Below, one piece after another: positions 45,238-54,777 of a stretch of DNA of 64,000 nt (the stretch's first letter is position 1; each line of letters begins with the position of its first letter). The notes below the pieces were generated by a model that was not told the DNA's origin, did not search any database, and saw nothing but the letters and a program-made list of their open reading frames with translations. This stretch comes from a virus, in the IMG/VR virus record IMGVR_UViG_3300025150_000004, positions 1 to 64,000 of that record; one strand, written 5' to 3'. Both the position numbers and the translations under genes were made by a program.

Positions 45238-46329
45238 ATGGCGGTACAAGTCCACGTCAAGAATTTCCAGTCCCTCAAGGACACGGGCCTGGAGGTCAGT
45301 GGCTTCACGGCCATCACCGGCCCGAACAACTCGGGCAAGTCGGCCCTCATGAGGGCCATCCGAGGGGTGTTCCAGAACACCCCCGGTACGACCTTCGTTC
45401 GCCACGGGGCGGACGAGATGTCCGTCTCTCTCAAGTTCTCTGATGGCCGATCCATCATCTGGAAAAAGGGGACCACGAGCCGGTCCAAGCCCACCTACAT
45501 CATCGACGGTGGCAAGCCCATCCACCCGGGTCGGGCCGTCCCTGATGAAGTGAGGGCCTTCGGCGTGACCCCCATCAAGGTCATGGGGCAGGAGGTGTGG
45601 CCCACCCTGGCCCCTCAGATCACAGGCCAGGTGTTCCTTCTCGACCAGCCCGGGTCGAGCCTGGCCGAAGCTGTGGCCGACGTGGACCGGGTAGCCAAGC
45701 TCAATGGGGCGCTCCGTTCCGTTGACCGGGACCTGCGGGCTGCGAGCAGCAAGCTGAAGATCCGAAGGGAAGACCGCATCGCCCACATCGAGGCTCTGCA
45801 AGCCTTCGACGGTCTCGACACCGTGGCTGCCCAGGTCGAGGCCCTCCTTCTCGACCGGGAGAAGGTGATCAAGCTCTCCAAGGCCCTGGAGACCATGATC
45901 TCGTACAAGACCCGCCTCGAAGCTGCCCGGGATGAGGTGGTCCGGTTGGGACGGATCGAGGATGTGGCCGTTCCCGATCCCCGGACAGCACAGGCGGAGT
46001 TGGCCTCTCTGGAGGCCCTCCTTTCGCTCCGTTCTCGGTGGGTCTCCGCCCGGGAAGTGGTGATGAGCCTATCAGGGGCCGAATGTGTAGAGGTGGCGGC
46101 CTTTGACACCCAGAAGGTGTCGAAGGCCCTCTCTGCACTTGCTTTCTTGGAGGATGCCCGGGTACGTCTGTCCGCCGCTCAAGCCAAGGTAGGTGGTCTG
46201 GAGGCTGACCTCCAGACCTTTACTGCCGAGGCCGAGCGGGTAGACGCCGAGGTGAAGACGCTTCTCGGAGGGTTCGAGAAGTGCCCGACCTGTGGCGCTA
46301 TGACGGAGGGAAACAACCATGATTCTTGA
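45238..46329 (+). CDS. sbcC: SbcC/Rad50 N-terminal half
   Basis: KNFQS, GPNNSGKS, coiled coil; ends at Zn hook CPTCG. Confidence 0.85.
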   Translation: MAVQVHVKNFQSLKDTGLEVSGFTAITGPNNSGKSALMRAIRGVFQNTPGTTFVRHGADEMSVSLKFSDGRSIIWKKGTTSRSKPTYIIDGGKPIHPGRAVPDEVRAFGVTPIKVMGQEVWPTLAPQITGQVFLLDQPGSSLAEAVADVDRVAKLNGALRSVDRDLRAASSKLKIRREDRIAHIEALQAFDGLDTVAAQVEALLLDREKVIKLSKALETMISYKTRLEAARDEVVRLGRIEDVAVPDPRTAQAELASLEALLSLRSRWVSAREVVMSLSGAECVEVAAFDTQKVSKALSALAFLEDARVRLSAAQAKVGGLEADLQTFTAEAERVDAEVKTLLGGFEKCPTCGAMTEGNNHDS

Positions 46330-46813
46330 GGTACTGCTCCTGGTCTTCGGGCTGTTCGCATTCGGGGCCGACAACCATCCGGTCTGTGAGGAGCTTCTGT
46401 TCCGGTACGAGACCCACCCGAACGCCGAAGTCAGGCTCGCCGCCTGCAACCGCCTGGCTCGGTCGGCCGAAGCCAGGGGGCTCGACGTGGCCCTGACCAT
46501 CGAACTGGCCTGGAGCGAATCGAGGTTCGTACCCACGGCCGTCAACTCGACCTCGGGGTGTTCCGGCATCCTCCAGGCCGCTCCTCAGTTCTGGTGTCCA
46601 GGCAGGACCCGTGAGGGGTGCGACCTTCAAGAGGCGGGCCTTCGGGCCTTGGAGCACTACCTGGGGCGGCACAAGGACGAGACCAAGGCCCTTTGCCACT
46701 TCAAGTCGGGGAACGTGTGCAACCCGGCGGGGCTCAATGGGGCCAAAACGGTCATGAGGAAGGTCCGCTGGCTGCGGGAACGGATGCAGCGGCGGATCGA
46801 GGGGAACGTGTGA
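46319..46813 (+). CDS. Lytic transglycosylase (SLT)-like protein with signal/anchor
   Basis: WSESRF.P.A....GILQ; hydrophobic N-terminus. Confidence 0.65.
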   Translation: MILEVLLLVFGLFAFGADNHPVCEELLFRYETHPNAEVRLAACNRLARSAEARGLDVALTIELAWSESRFVPTAVNSTSGCSGILQAAPQFWCPGRTREGCDLQEAGLRALEHYLGRHKDETKALCHFKSGNVCNPAGLNGAKTVMRKVRWLRERMQRRIEGNV

Positions 46814-48945
46814 GCATCAACCTGGTCTGGCGAAGCGACGTTCACGTCTCGGACAACCCACCCGCTTCTCGGGTGGATGACTGGAACGAAACGCTCATGG
46901 GCAAGTTGTCCCAAGTCGGCGAGATCGCCCGTGAGGTCGGGGCTGCCGCTGTGCTCGATGGAGGGGACTTCTTCCACATCAAGAGCCCGGCCAGGAACGC
47001 CCACCGCACCATTCAGCGGGTCGCTGCCGTCCACGCTGGCTACCCGTGTCCCGTCTACGGGAACGTGGGGAACCACGACTGCAAGTACGGCGACTACGCC
47101 CACCTGCCGGAGCAGCCACTCGGGGTCCTGTTCGAGACGGGGGTGTTCCGCCGGTGCTTCGACGAGCATGAGGCCGTGTTCGAGGCGGACGGGGTCAAGG
47201 TGCGGGTCGTCGGCATCCCGTACCACGGGACGGAGTACGACTGGGATCGTTTCACCCGCATCAAGAAGGGGGATGAGAGCTACCTGGTCGTGATGGCCCA
47301 TGTTCTCGCCAGCAAGCAGGGCGGGACCATGTTCGAGGGCGAGGACATCATCCAGTACGCCGCCCTCGCTGAACTCGACCCAGACGTGTGGTGTTTCCTG
47401 CCGGGGACCCAGGTTATTGACTGGGGTGGAAGGGTTGTCCCCATCGAGAAGGTACAGGAATCGCTGGCTCTGGCTGGTCGAAGGGGCATGGTTTCGGTTG
47501 AGCAGGTCCACCCTGCCAGGTACATCAACGAAGAGGTGGTGACCTTCGACATCGAAGGTGTTCCCTGCGAACTCATCCCTGGCGTCACGGTCGAGCATCC
47601 GTTCTGGGTCGCCAAACGACTGCGTTGCAGGCTACCTTCCCGCTCGACCAGGAGATGTCACCAGGACAAGCCAAAGGACTCCTACCCCTGTTCGGCTTGT
47701 ACAGAGCCACCCATTGTGGTGCCAGACTGGTGTCCCGCCAGGGACATAGAGCCTGGTGACTATATGGCAGTGCCGGTCCCAGCCCTCCCTGTTGGAGGTA
47801 ATCAAGCTCCCGGGTTGGCTCGCCTTTTGGGATTGTATCTCGCTGAAGGCCACATCATCGAGAATAGGGACAATGAGCCGGTAGCTGGGGTTGGGTGGTC
47901 ATTCCATGAGGATGAGGTTCACCTGCATGAAGATGTGGGCGGACTGGTGGGCGAACATTTCGGGCTCAGCACCCATCCCCATAAGACAAAGGGCCGGTGC
48001 ATCCAGGTCTGCGCTTACAGTCCTGCCGTGGCCGATTTCTGTTTGACTCATGGGGGTCGTCATGCTGAGGCCAAGGAGTTATCCTCATGGGCATGGGGGC
48101 TTAGCGGGGCTAGCCGCATGGAACTGCTGGTGGGTTGGTTGGACGGCGATGGCCATGCCAGGAACCCAGAGAGATACGACCGGGTAAGAGCAGAAGTGAT
48201 GGGGGCCACAGTATCGCCCCGGCTTGCCAGCCAGTTGTACCTCCTGGCCCTATCGGTAGGGCTGCGCCCTTATTACACGATCCGCCCGGCGGGGGAGACA
48301 AAGTGGGCGGATGGCCGAATTTCTCAGACGTTACCTTGTCATTGCATTAGTTTTTACGGAGAGGACGCCAGGATGCTGGCGGCCAGGATGCAGGTGACCA
48401 TCCCCGATCTCTCGAAGACGACGGTGGCCGGTTTTTTTGCAGATGGTCTGTATTGGGTACGAGTTCGTGGCGTTGCACGGAAGGCTTACCAAGGTCCCGT
48501 TTATAATATGCGAACCTCCACCCAAGAGTACGTTGCGGGGCTATTGCTCACCCACAACTGTCTCGGCCACTGGCACAAGAACCAGGGCATCACGGAGATC
48601 GCCACCGGCAAGTGGGTGATCAACGTCGGGAGCCTCTCACGAGGGGCTCTGAGCCAGGATGACCTGAACCGCACCCCCACCACTGCCATCCTGAAGTTCG
48701 ACCCCTTTGGGGTAGACATCAGCGAAAGGCCCTTGGTCGTGGCCCCTCCCGAGGAGGTCTTCGACCTGGATGGCCGGGCTCGCCGGGAGGTGCGGGAGAT
48801 GACGATGAGCGCTTTCGTGGACTCGCTGGAGTCCGCCCTGTCCGAGGAGGCCAAGAAGCCGGTCGAGGACGCCATCCGAGAGATGGCCGGGATGCCCGAC
48901 GAGGTGAAGGAGCGGGCCATCGACTACTGGGAGCAGCAGGGCTGA
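46810..48945 (+). CDS. sbcD: SbcD/Mre11 metallophosphoesterase with intein
   Basis: SDVH, GGDFF, GNHD and GHWH motifs. Confidence 0.85.
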   Translation: MSINLVWRSDVHVSDNPPASRVDDWNETLMGKLSQVGEIAREVGAAAVLDGGDFFHIKSPARNAHRTIQRVAAVHAGYPCPVYGNVGNHDCKYGDYAHLPEQPLGVLFETGVFRRCFDEHEAVFEADGVKVRVVGIPYHGTEYDWDRFTRIKKGDESYLVVMAHVLASKQGGTMFEGEDIIQYAALAELDPDVWCFLPGTQVIDWGGRVVPIEKVQESLALAGRRGMVSVEQVHPARYINEEVVTFDIEGVPCELIPGVTVEHPFWVAKRLRCRLPSRSTRRCHQDKPKDSYPCSACTEPPIVVPDWCPARDIEPGDYMAVPVPALPVGGNQAPGLARLLGLYLAEGHIIENRDNEPVAGVGWSFHEDEVHLHEDVGGLVGEHFGLSTHPHKTKGRCIQVCAYSPAVADFCLTHGGRHAEAKELSSWAWGLSGASRMELLVGWLDGDGHARNPERYDRVRAEVMGATVSPRLASQLYLLALSVGLRPYYTIRPAGETKWADGRISQTLPCHCISFYGEDARMLAARMQVTIPDLSKTTVAGFFADGLYWVRVRGVARKAYQGPVYNMRTSTQEYVAGLLLTHNCLGHWHKNQGITEIATGKWVINVGSLSRGALSQDDLNRTPTTAILKFDPFGVDISERPLVVAPPEEVFDLDGRARREVREMTMSAFVDSLESALSEEAKKPVEDAIREMAGMPDEVKERAIDYWEQQG
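47392..48558 (+). mobile_element. Intein in SbcD (LAGLIDADG)
   Basis: W|CF...TVEHPF...GLYLAEG...GWLDGDG...THN|C; lower GC. Confidence 0.9.
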
Positions 48946-48946
48946 G

Positions 48947-49324
48947 ATGGCTGGTGGCGACCAGACCCCGAGCGACCGCCGGGCTGCAACCCTGGAGGAG
49001 GCGATGCTCCGGCGGCTCAAGGAGCGCCAGGAGCAGTTGAATGGGTTGCCGTTGACCAGCGAGACCCTGGCCAAGGTTGTCGCTCACTGCCTTACCGCCG
49101 CCGAAGAGCTTCCGTCCTCCCGGGAGGCGCTCAGGGAGCACCTCCGGCCATCCCCGAAGAAGCAGGGAGAGTTCGAGCCCCTCTGGGGGGTGCAGACCTT
49201 CGAGATGGTAGAAGACCGGGGATCCACCGGGATCAAGTGCCTGCGGTGCGGTCGCACGTCCTTCCACCCCCAGGACGTGGAGCATCGGTACTGCGGCCAT
49301 TGCCACGAGTTCCACGAAGTTTAG
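48947..49324 (+). CDS. Small Zn-finger protein with FEPLW motif
   Basis: CLRC...YCGHC. Confidence 0.65.
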   Translation: MAGGDQTPSDRRAATLEEAMLRRLKERQEQLNGLPLTSETLAKVVAHCLTAAEELPSSREALREHLRPSPKKQGEFEPLWGVQTFEMVEDRGSTGIKCLRCGRTSFHPQDVEHRYCGHCHEFHEV

Positions 49325-49352
49325 CTCAGCGGGCTCGTGTGTTGGGGAAACG

Positions 49353-50337
49353 ATGGAGAGTAGACCACATACCCTGGTCCTCGGGATGATGGACCCGGAG
49401 ATGGAGGCGGTCGGACGTTTGGGGATCTCCGAACGTCTGAACGTCGTCTGGGCCAAGAAGGACGGTGAACTCGTCCGCTACGACACCATGTACCAGGCTG
49501 ACTGGCCGGAGCCCGCCCCAGGTCAACTGTGGGTGGAGTGCTCGCCGGAGGGTGGCAAGGACGGGATCGACTTCGTGGATCACCACCAGCCCGGCGACCC
49601 CGGGTTCGGCGGTCCACCCGAGAAGTTCTGGGAGTCGTCCTCGCTCGGGCAGGTCTGGGGCCGGGTTCGACCGGATGACATGCCCCCCGAGGGGCTCCTC
49701 ATCATCGCAGCGGCGGACCACTGCCCGCACGCCGCCTATACGGGCGACTGTCCCGGGATCGACCCGGGTTCGGTCATCGCTTTCTCGGCGGAGCAGGTGG
49801 CCATCGGGACGGGGAAGCCGCTCAAGGAGATCCTCCAGGGGGTCTACCGCTACATCCACAAGTTCCGCCGGTTCCAGCCGGAGGAGACCCACGGGGCCAC
49901 CCTCTACACCCGAGAGGGTCCCGCCTTGACCGAGCAGGAGTGGCTCCTGTTCCGAGAGGCCGCCCTCTGGCACGGAGTTGCCGTGGTCAACGACGAGGAG
50001 GTCTTCATCCCGACCCGTCACGGCCACGGCGAGGAGCCCATCGACTCCTACGGGAACAAGAGCATCTTCCACGGGATGACCCGTGGGGACGGACTCAATC
50101 CCGAGTGGGACCACACGGTCTACGTCCAGGGGGGCCGACTTCGTGCTGCCCGACGCCGAGCCCGGCCACACCGTCATCGAGCCCGGTCGGGTCCCTCTCA
50201 ACGAGAACCAGCGGGTCCTGGCCGAGATCGGCCAGGAGGTCCCGGCCCTCGCCGAGTTCCTGTCCCCCCGCCGCCGGGTGAACCGCATCAAGTGGCACGG
50301 AAGGCTCAAGAACCTCGACGTTCGGATGGCTGCCTGA
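49353..50337 (+). pseudogene. Hypothetical protein frameshifted at a G-run (50129-50134)
   Basis: Plausible coding continues in the 50083..50337 frame (GADFVLP...). Confidence 0.55.
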
Positions 50338-50431
50338 GCCCATACCCCTAGATAGGGGGCCTCGTCCCGAAGTTCGGTGGGTAGAGTGAGCGGGTCTGGG
50401 ACCCGTTCCCGGCACACCGGACTGAGGGACG

Positions 50432-51412
50432 ATGAGCCGCAAGAAATTCACGCTCTACTGGTCGAGCCTCAAGCTCTACGAGGATTGCCCCCAGGCTTTC
50501 CTGTGGAGCAGAGGTTGGGGGGCCATCGACGTAGGTGGGGGGCCAGGTCGCCCCAAGCCGAGGCCCTTCAAGGACAGCCGCCACCATGCCGTGATGGGCA
50601 TCGTCATCCAGTCCGTGCTGGAGTCGATGTACAACAAGGAGTGGTGGAAGCACCCCACGGAACTCAAGAAGCTCCTCGACGAGGAGCTTGAGCGGCAGTT
50701 CAAGCTGGAGATCACCAAGAACTACATCGACTGGCGGCTCGCAGGACCCAAGGACGAGATGTTCCGGGTCTGCCGGGACGGGGTGTACGGGTTCCTCAAG
50801 ACCCTCAAGGCCCACAAGCTGGTCGGCCAGTACGCCCGCTGTGAGGTGGACTACGTCGCCTACATCGACAAGTGGAGCCCGGTGGGCGGCCGGATGGACT
50901 TCCTGATCCGGCGGAACGACGAACCCAACAAGGGGATCACCATCCTCGACGGCAAGAACTCCAAGCACCGGGGGAAGTACACCGACCCGGACCAGCTTCG
51001 GTTCTACGCCCTGGTCTTTTACCTCAACACGGGGGTCATGCCTGACCGGCTCGGGTTCATCTACTTCCGGTTCCCTCACGGGTACATCCCGCCCGAGGAA
51101 GAGTGGGAGAAGGACGCAGAGGGCAACCCGATCAAGCCCGAGCCCGACTCGGGGGTCGAATGGGTGCCGTTCTCCCGGGAAGACCTCAAGGGGCTGGCTC
51201 TGCGGGCCTTGGAGGCCCGCAAAGGGATCGAGAAGGAGAAGTTCGAGGCTACGCCCAAGCCCTCCATGTGCAAGCTGTGTGACTTCGAGAGCGTGTGTCC
51301 TCAACGCCAGACTCAGATCGCCTCCAATCGTCGGCAGCCCAAGAACAAGGAGGAGGCGTTCGACGGGACCACCGGCTTCGTCGAGTTCGGCTTCGGCTCC
51401 GAGAGGGGATAG
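50432..51412 (+). CDS. PD-(D/E)XK (RecB/Cas4-like) nuclease
   Basis: S.LKLYEDCP, GRMDF, ILDGK, QL.FY and C..C.....CP motifs. Confidence 0.85.
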   Translation: MSRKKFTLYWSSLKLYEDCPQAFLWSRGWGAIDVGGGPGRPKPRPFKDSRHHAVMGIVIQSVLESMYNKEWWKHPTELKKLLDEELERQFKLEITKNYIDWRLAGPKDEMFRVCRDGVYGFLKTLKAHKLVGQYARCEVDYVAYIDKWSPVGGRMDFLIRRNDEPNKGITILDGKNSKHRGKYTDPDQLRFYALVFYLNTGVMPDRLGFIYFRFPHGYIPPEEEWEKDAEGNPIKPEPDSGVEWVPFSREDLKGLALRALEARKGIEKEKFEATPKPSMCKLCDFESVCPQRQTQIASNRRQPKNKEEAFDGTTGFVEFGFGSERG

Positions 51413-51443
51413 CAGACCAGGGGACATGGGGTAAGGAGAGACG

Positions 51444-51770
51444 ATGGCTCCAACCGACCAGGAAGGGCTACGCCAGCGGCTTGACGATGCGGTCAAGCGC
51501 CGTGACTCGGCTGCTCGGAACATCGAGCGGGTCCAAGGACGGCTGGATGGAGCCCGCAAGACCGTAGAAGAGGTCGAGGCGGAGATCCGGGCTCGGGGGA
51601 TCGAGCCGGACAAGCTCGATGAGGCCATTGAGGCCGTGAAGAAGAAGGCCGAGGGCCTCGTGACCGAACTGGAGGGCCGCATCACCCAGTCGGAGCAGGA
51701 GATCAGCCCCTTCCTGGGCCAGAACAAACACCCCGCCGCTTCCGGCGGGGATGGAGATGGATTGCTATGA
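51444..51770 (+). CDS. Coiled-coil protein
   Basis: AAGGAG RBS; heptad pattern. Confidence 0.7.
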   Translation: MAPTDQEGLRQRLDDAVKRRDSAARNIERVQGRLDGARKTVEEVEAEIRARGIEPDKLDEAIEAVKKKAEGLVTELEGRITQSEQEISPFLGQNKHPAASGGDGDGLL

Positions 51771-52924
51771 AGATGCAAGTCGCCAAGCGGGACCTGGAGG
51801 CAGCCCTCCAGGTCGTCACCAACAGCCTGAACACCTCGGGTTCGGACATCTCGGCTCACATCGTCTTCCGGGTGCAGGGAGACGGAGTGGAGTTGCTCAC
51901 TTTCGCCGGGCGGTTGATCAGCAGCGCCCCCGTCAAGTGCGTGGTGGATGCCCGGGAGGCCAAGGCGTTCACGGTGGAGGGTGCCAGGCTCATCCAGTGG
52001 GTCGGAGCCGTGGGCGACGAGGCCATCGATCTGAACTACGACACCGAGAAGAAGGTGGTCACGGCCAAGGCTCCCAAGGGGGCGATGGAGTTCCAGACCC
52101 TCGACCCGGAGGGGTTCCCGTACTGGGACGCCATCTGGCCGGACGTGACCGAGAAGGCCACCTGCAAGGGCGACCGTCTGGCGGCAGCCGTCGCCTACGC
52201 CAAGCAGTTCGTCTTCGACAAGGAGACCAAGCGGCCGGAACTGTGCCTCATCGAGTGTCGGGACGGGCTCATCTCCGCCACCGACCAGAAGTCCATCACC
52301 CTCGTGGAGGTCCCCGGCCTCTCCGAATCGGCCCTCCGCATCCACAAGAACGACGCCCCGGCCGTCATCCGGTTCCTCGGGACCTGCGGCGACACCGACG
52401 TGACCCTGATGGAGCACGACCGCTACTTCATCTTCAAGCGGGCTGACGGGGCTGTGTTCGGGGAGACCCGGTTCAACGCCAAGTACCCCCCGCTGGTGAT
52501 CGACCGGGACGCCGAGAACCCCATTTGGTGGAAGGTGTCCACCAAGGAGTTTCTGGCCGCCATCCCGTTCCTGACCTCTGGGGCCGAGAAGAAGGACACC
52601 CGGCTGTTCGTGGACCGCCCGGACCCCGACGGCCCTCTCCGGGTCGGGATGAAGGCGATGACGGGGTCGATGATGGCCATCGACGTGTCCGTCATCGAGT
52701 CCGGCAAGACCGGCGATCCCAAGGTGGAATCGGACCTTCCTCCCGGCGGGTTCTGCGTGGACTTCAAGGACATCGAGAAGGTGCTCGGGGGATGGAGCCA
52801 AGAGGCTGCAATCTTCGGGGTCCACATCCGGGGCACGAATGGGTATGTCCGGTTCCGAGAGGAGCGGGACGGGGTGGACTACACCACGGTCTGCGCCTGG
52901 CTCAAGGACCGCAACGCATCGTGA
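51767..52924 (+). CDS. dnaN: DNA Pol III beta sliding clamp-like
   Basis: 385 aa; three-domain pattern; EGFP, ATD and KYP motifs. Confidence 0.75.
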   Translation: MKMQVAKRDLEAALQVVTNSLNTSGSDISAHIVFRVQGDGVELLTFAGRLISSAPVKCVVDAREAKAFTVEGARLIQWVGAVGDEAIDLNYDTEKKVVTAKAPKGAMEFQTLDPEGFPYWDAIWPDVTEKATCKGDRLAAAVAYAKQFVFDKETKRPELCLIECRDGLISATDQKSITLVEVPGLSESALRIHKNDAPAVIRFLGTCGDTDVTLMEHDRYFIFKRADGAVFGETRFNAKYPPLVIDRDAENPIWWKVSTKEFLAAIPFLTSGAEKKDTRLFVDRPDPDGPLRVGMKAMTGSMMAIDVSVIESGKTGDPKVESDLPPGGFCVDFKDIEKVLGGWSQEAAIFGVHIRGTNGYVRFREERDGVDYTTVCAWLKDRNAS

Positions 52925-53556
52925 TCGCAGTCCCCAGCATCGACCACCTCCAGGCCCAGGTCGCCCAGGCTCAGGGGCGGAAAGCGGCCGTGCAGACGGC
53001 ACTGGAGGGGGTCACAGCGGAGATCGAGCAACTGGAGGACGAGGAGGAACTCCTCACCCTCGTCGCCGCTCTGTTCCGCAAGCTCATCGACCATGAGGTG
53101 ACCGAGGGGGTCAAGGCGGTCGAGCGGCTCCAATCGGAGGGGCTGCAAGCGGTCTTCGACGACCAGGACATCTCCGTCAAGGCCAACATCGACGAGAGCC
53201 GGGGCAAGGTCAGCGTCGAGTTGGTCACCGTCCAGCAGAAGCCCAACGGGGACATCATCGAAGGTCTGGCCAAGGACGATTTCGGAGGGTCCGTCCTCAC
53301 CGTGCAGAGCGTTTTGCTCCGGGTGATCATCATGCTTCGGCGAGGTCTACGCCCTCTCCTGCTGCTGGATGAGAGCCTCACGGCCTTCGACTCGAACTAC
53401 ATCTCCAACATGGGGAGCTTCCTGTCCGAGCTTTGCCGGAAGTTGGAGATCGACATCCTGATGGTCACCCACAACCCGGCCCTGTTCGATGCCGCCGACC
53501 GCTCCTACCGCATCGTGCGGAAGGGGGGTGAGTCCAAGTTTGAAAGGGTACGGTGA
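52921..53556 (+). CDS. SbcC/Rad50 C-terminal half
   Basis: Coiled coil; signature-like FGGS; Walker B LLLLDES; H-loop VTHN. Confidence 0.8.
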   Translation: MIAVPSIDHLQAQVAQAQGRKAAVQTALEGVTAEIEQLEDEEELLTLVAALFRKLIDHEVTEGVKAVERLQSEGLQAVFDDQDISVKANIDESRGKVSVELVTVQQKPNGDIIEGLAKDDFGGSVLTVQSVLLRVIIMLRRGLRPLLLLDESLTAFDSNYISNMGSFLSELCRKLEIDILMVTHNPALFDAADRSYRIVRKGGESKFERVR

Positions 53557-53559
53557 GGC

Positions 53560-54222
53560 ATGAGGACCGAGGGTCAAGTACGGCACAAGCTCAAGCAGGT
53601 GTTCTATCGCCACCTGTCCAAACGGTTGGCCGAGGGCCTGGCCGAGGTGCCGGAAAACTGCATGTACAACCGGCGGCCAAGTACGCATCCCCGGATGACG
53701 CCCCTCGAAGACCTTCCTCGGGTCTGCATCCATGCGGAACAGGCCGGGGCCATCTGTGACCGGAACCACGAATCTTCCGCCGATTACGCCTCCTGCCCGT
53801 TTTTCGTTCCGGTGAAATCCAAGGAGGTGCTCAAGCGGGAGTTCGTCGAGTTGGCCCGGAAGAAGCGGGACATCGTGGCCGAGATGATGCCGGACGCTGC
53901 GGCCCTCATGTGGGTGCTCGAAATGGAGGGCGGAGTCCCAGAGGGGGAGGCAGAGAGCGCTGCCAACGGCGAGGCCGAGGGGGATGAGGAAGAGGAGCCT
54001 GCCCCAGTGGTGGTGCGGCGGGAGAAGGCCCCCGTATTCGAGATGGGGGAGCAGGGGGACGTAGCCCTGGTGAAGTTCGACCTTCCTCCCCTGGATATGA
54101 TCGACCGCCCGACCCCTCGATGGTGGGCCTTCTGGCGATGGCGGATGTGGCCTTGGAACTGGTTCCGCTCAGGATCCGAGCCACTGGACTGCCCCATCGC
54201 CTCACCCGGGGCGGACGGATGA
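53560..54222 (+). CDS. Hypothetical Cys-containing protein
   Basis: GAGG RBS; operon position. Confidence 0.65.
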   Translation: MRTEGQVRHKLKQVFYRHLSKRLAEGLAEVPENCMYNRRPSTHPRMTPLEDLPRVCIHAEQAGAICDRNHESSADYASCPFFVPVKSKEVLKREFVELARKKRDIVAEMMPDAAALMWVLEMEGGVPEGEAESAANGEAEGDEEEEPAPVVVRREKAPVFEMGEQGDVALVKFDLPPLDMIDRPTPRWWAFWRWRMWPWNWFRSGSEPLDCPIASPGADG

Positions 54223-54776
54223 GCAATCTCCTGCACCTGACCAAGATGAAGCTCCCCAAGAAGGGGACGCCGCTCGCTCTCGAATGCGAGGTGTCCCCGG
54301 ACACAGCCCCTTACCTCGTGACGAGCAGCAAAGGGCTGGTCTGGGTCCCCCAGACCTCGGCGGATGGGACCATCAAGGCAGCCGTCCGGCTCAAGACCCA
54401 GCCGGAGCAGTTTTTCCTCGACGTGGTGGAGGCTGTCCACAAGGCGGGACAGCACTGGGAGTGGGGCAATGTCCTCCCCATGACCCCCGAGGGCTTGGAA
54501 GAGGCCATCACACATGTGGAGGAGTACGAGCTTGGCGAGATTGAGATCTTGGTTCCACCTTCGGTTGAGGGCGAGCCGTCTCCCGGCATGGAGATCGCCA
54601 CCAAGCTGAACAAGCCGCACCGGCCCACTTCCTGGCTGCCCCGGGATCTCGCCGTGATCGTCCCCAAGGACCGCACCTTCGTAGGTTCCGTGTACCGCAT
54701 CGGCAAGGACATCGTGGGCGTGGTCCACAACGCAGCACGGGGCCTTGCCATCGTCTCCAGCCGAGTAGAGGGTTGA
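54219..54776 (+). CDS. Hypothetical protein
   Basis: ATGA coupling. Confidence 0.65.
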   Translation: MSNLLHLTKMKLPKKGTPLALECEVSPDTAPYLVTSSKGLVWVPQTSADGTIKAAVRLKTQPEQFFLDVVEAVHKAGQHWEWGNVLPMTPEGLEEAITHVEEYELGEIEILVPPSVEGEPSPGMEIATKLNKPHRPTSWLPRDLAVIVPKDRTFVGSVYRIGKDIVGVVHNAARGLAIVSSRVEG

Positions 54777-54777
54777 C

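Noticed and set aside
10441-53002. Long minus-strand ORFs (10441..11895, 18679..20760, 22684..24903, 33036..35576, 50348..53002)
   Set aside because: Antisense shadows of GC3-rich real genes; no motifs.
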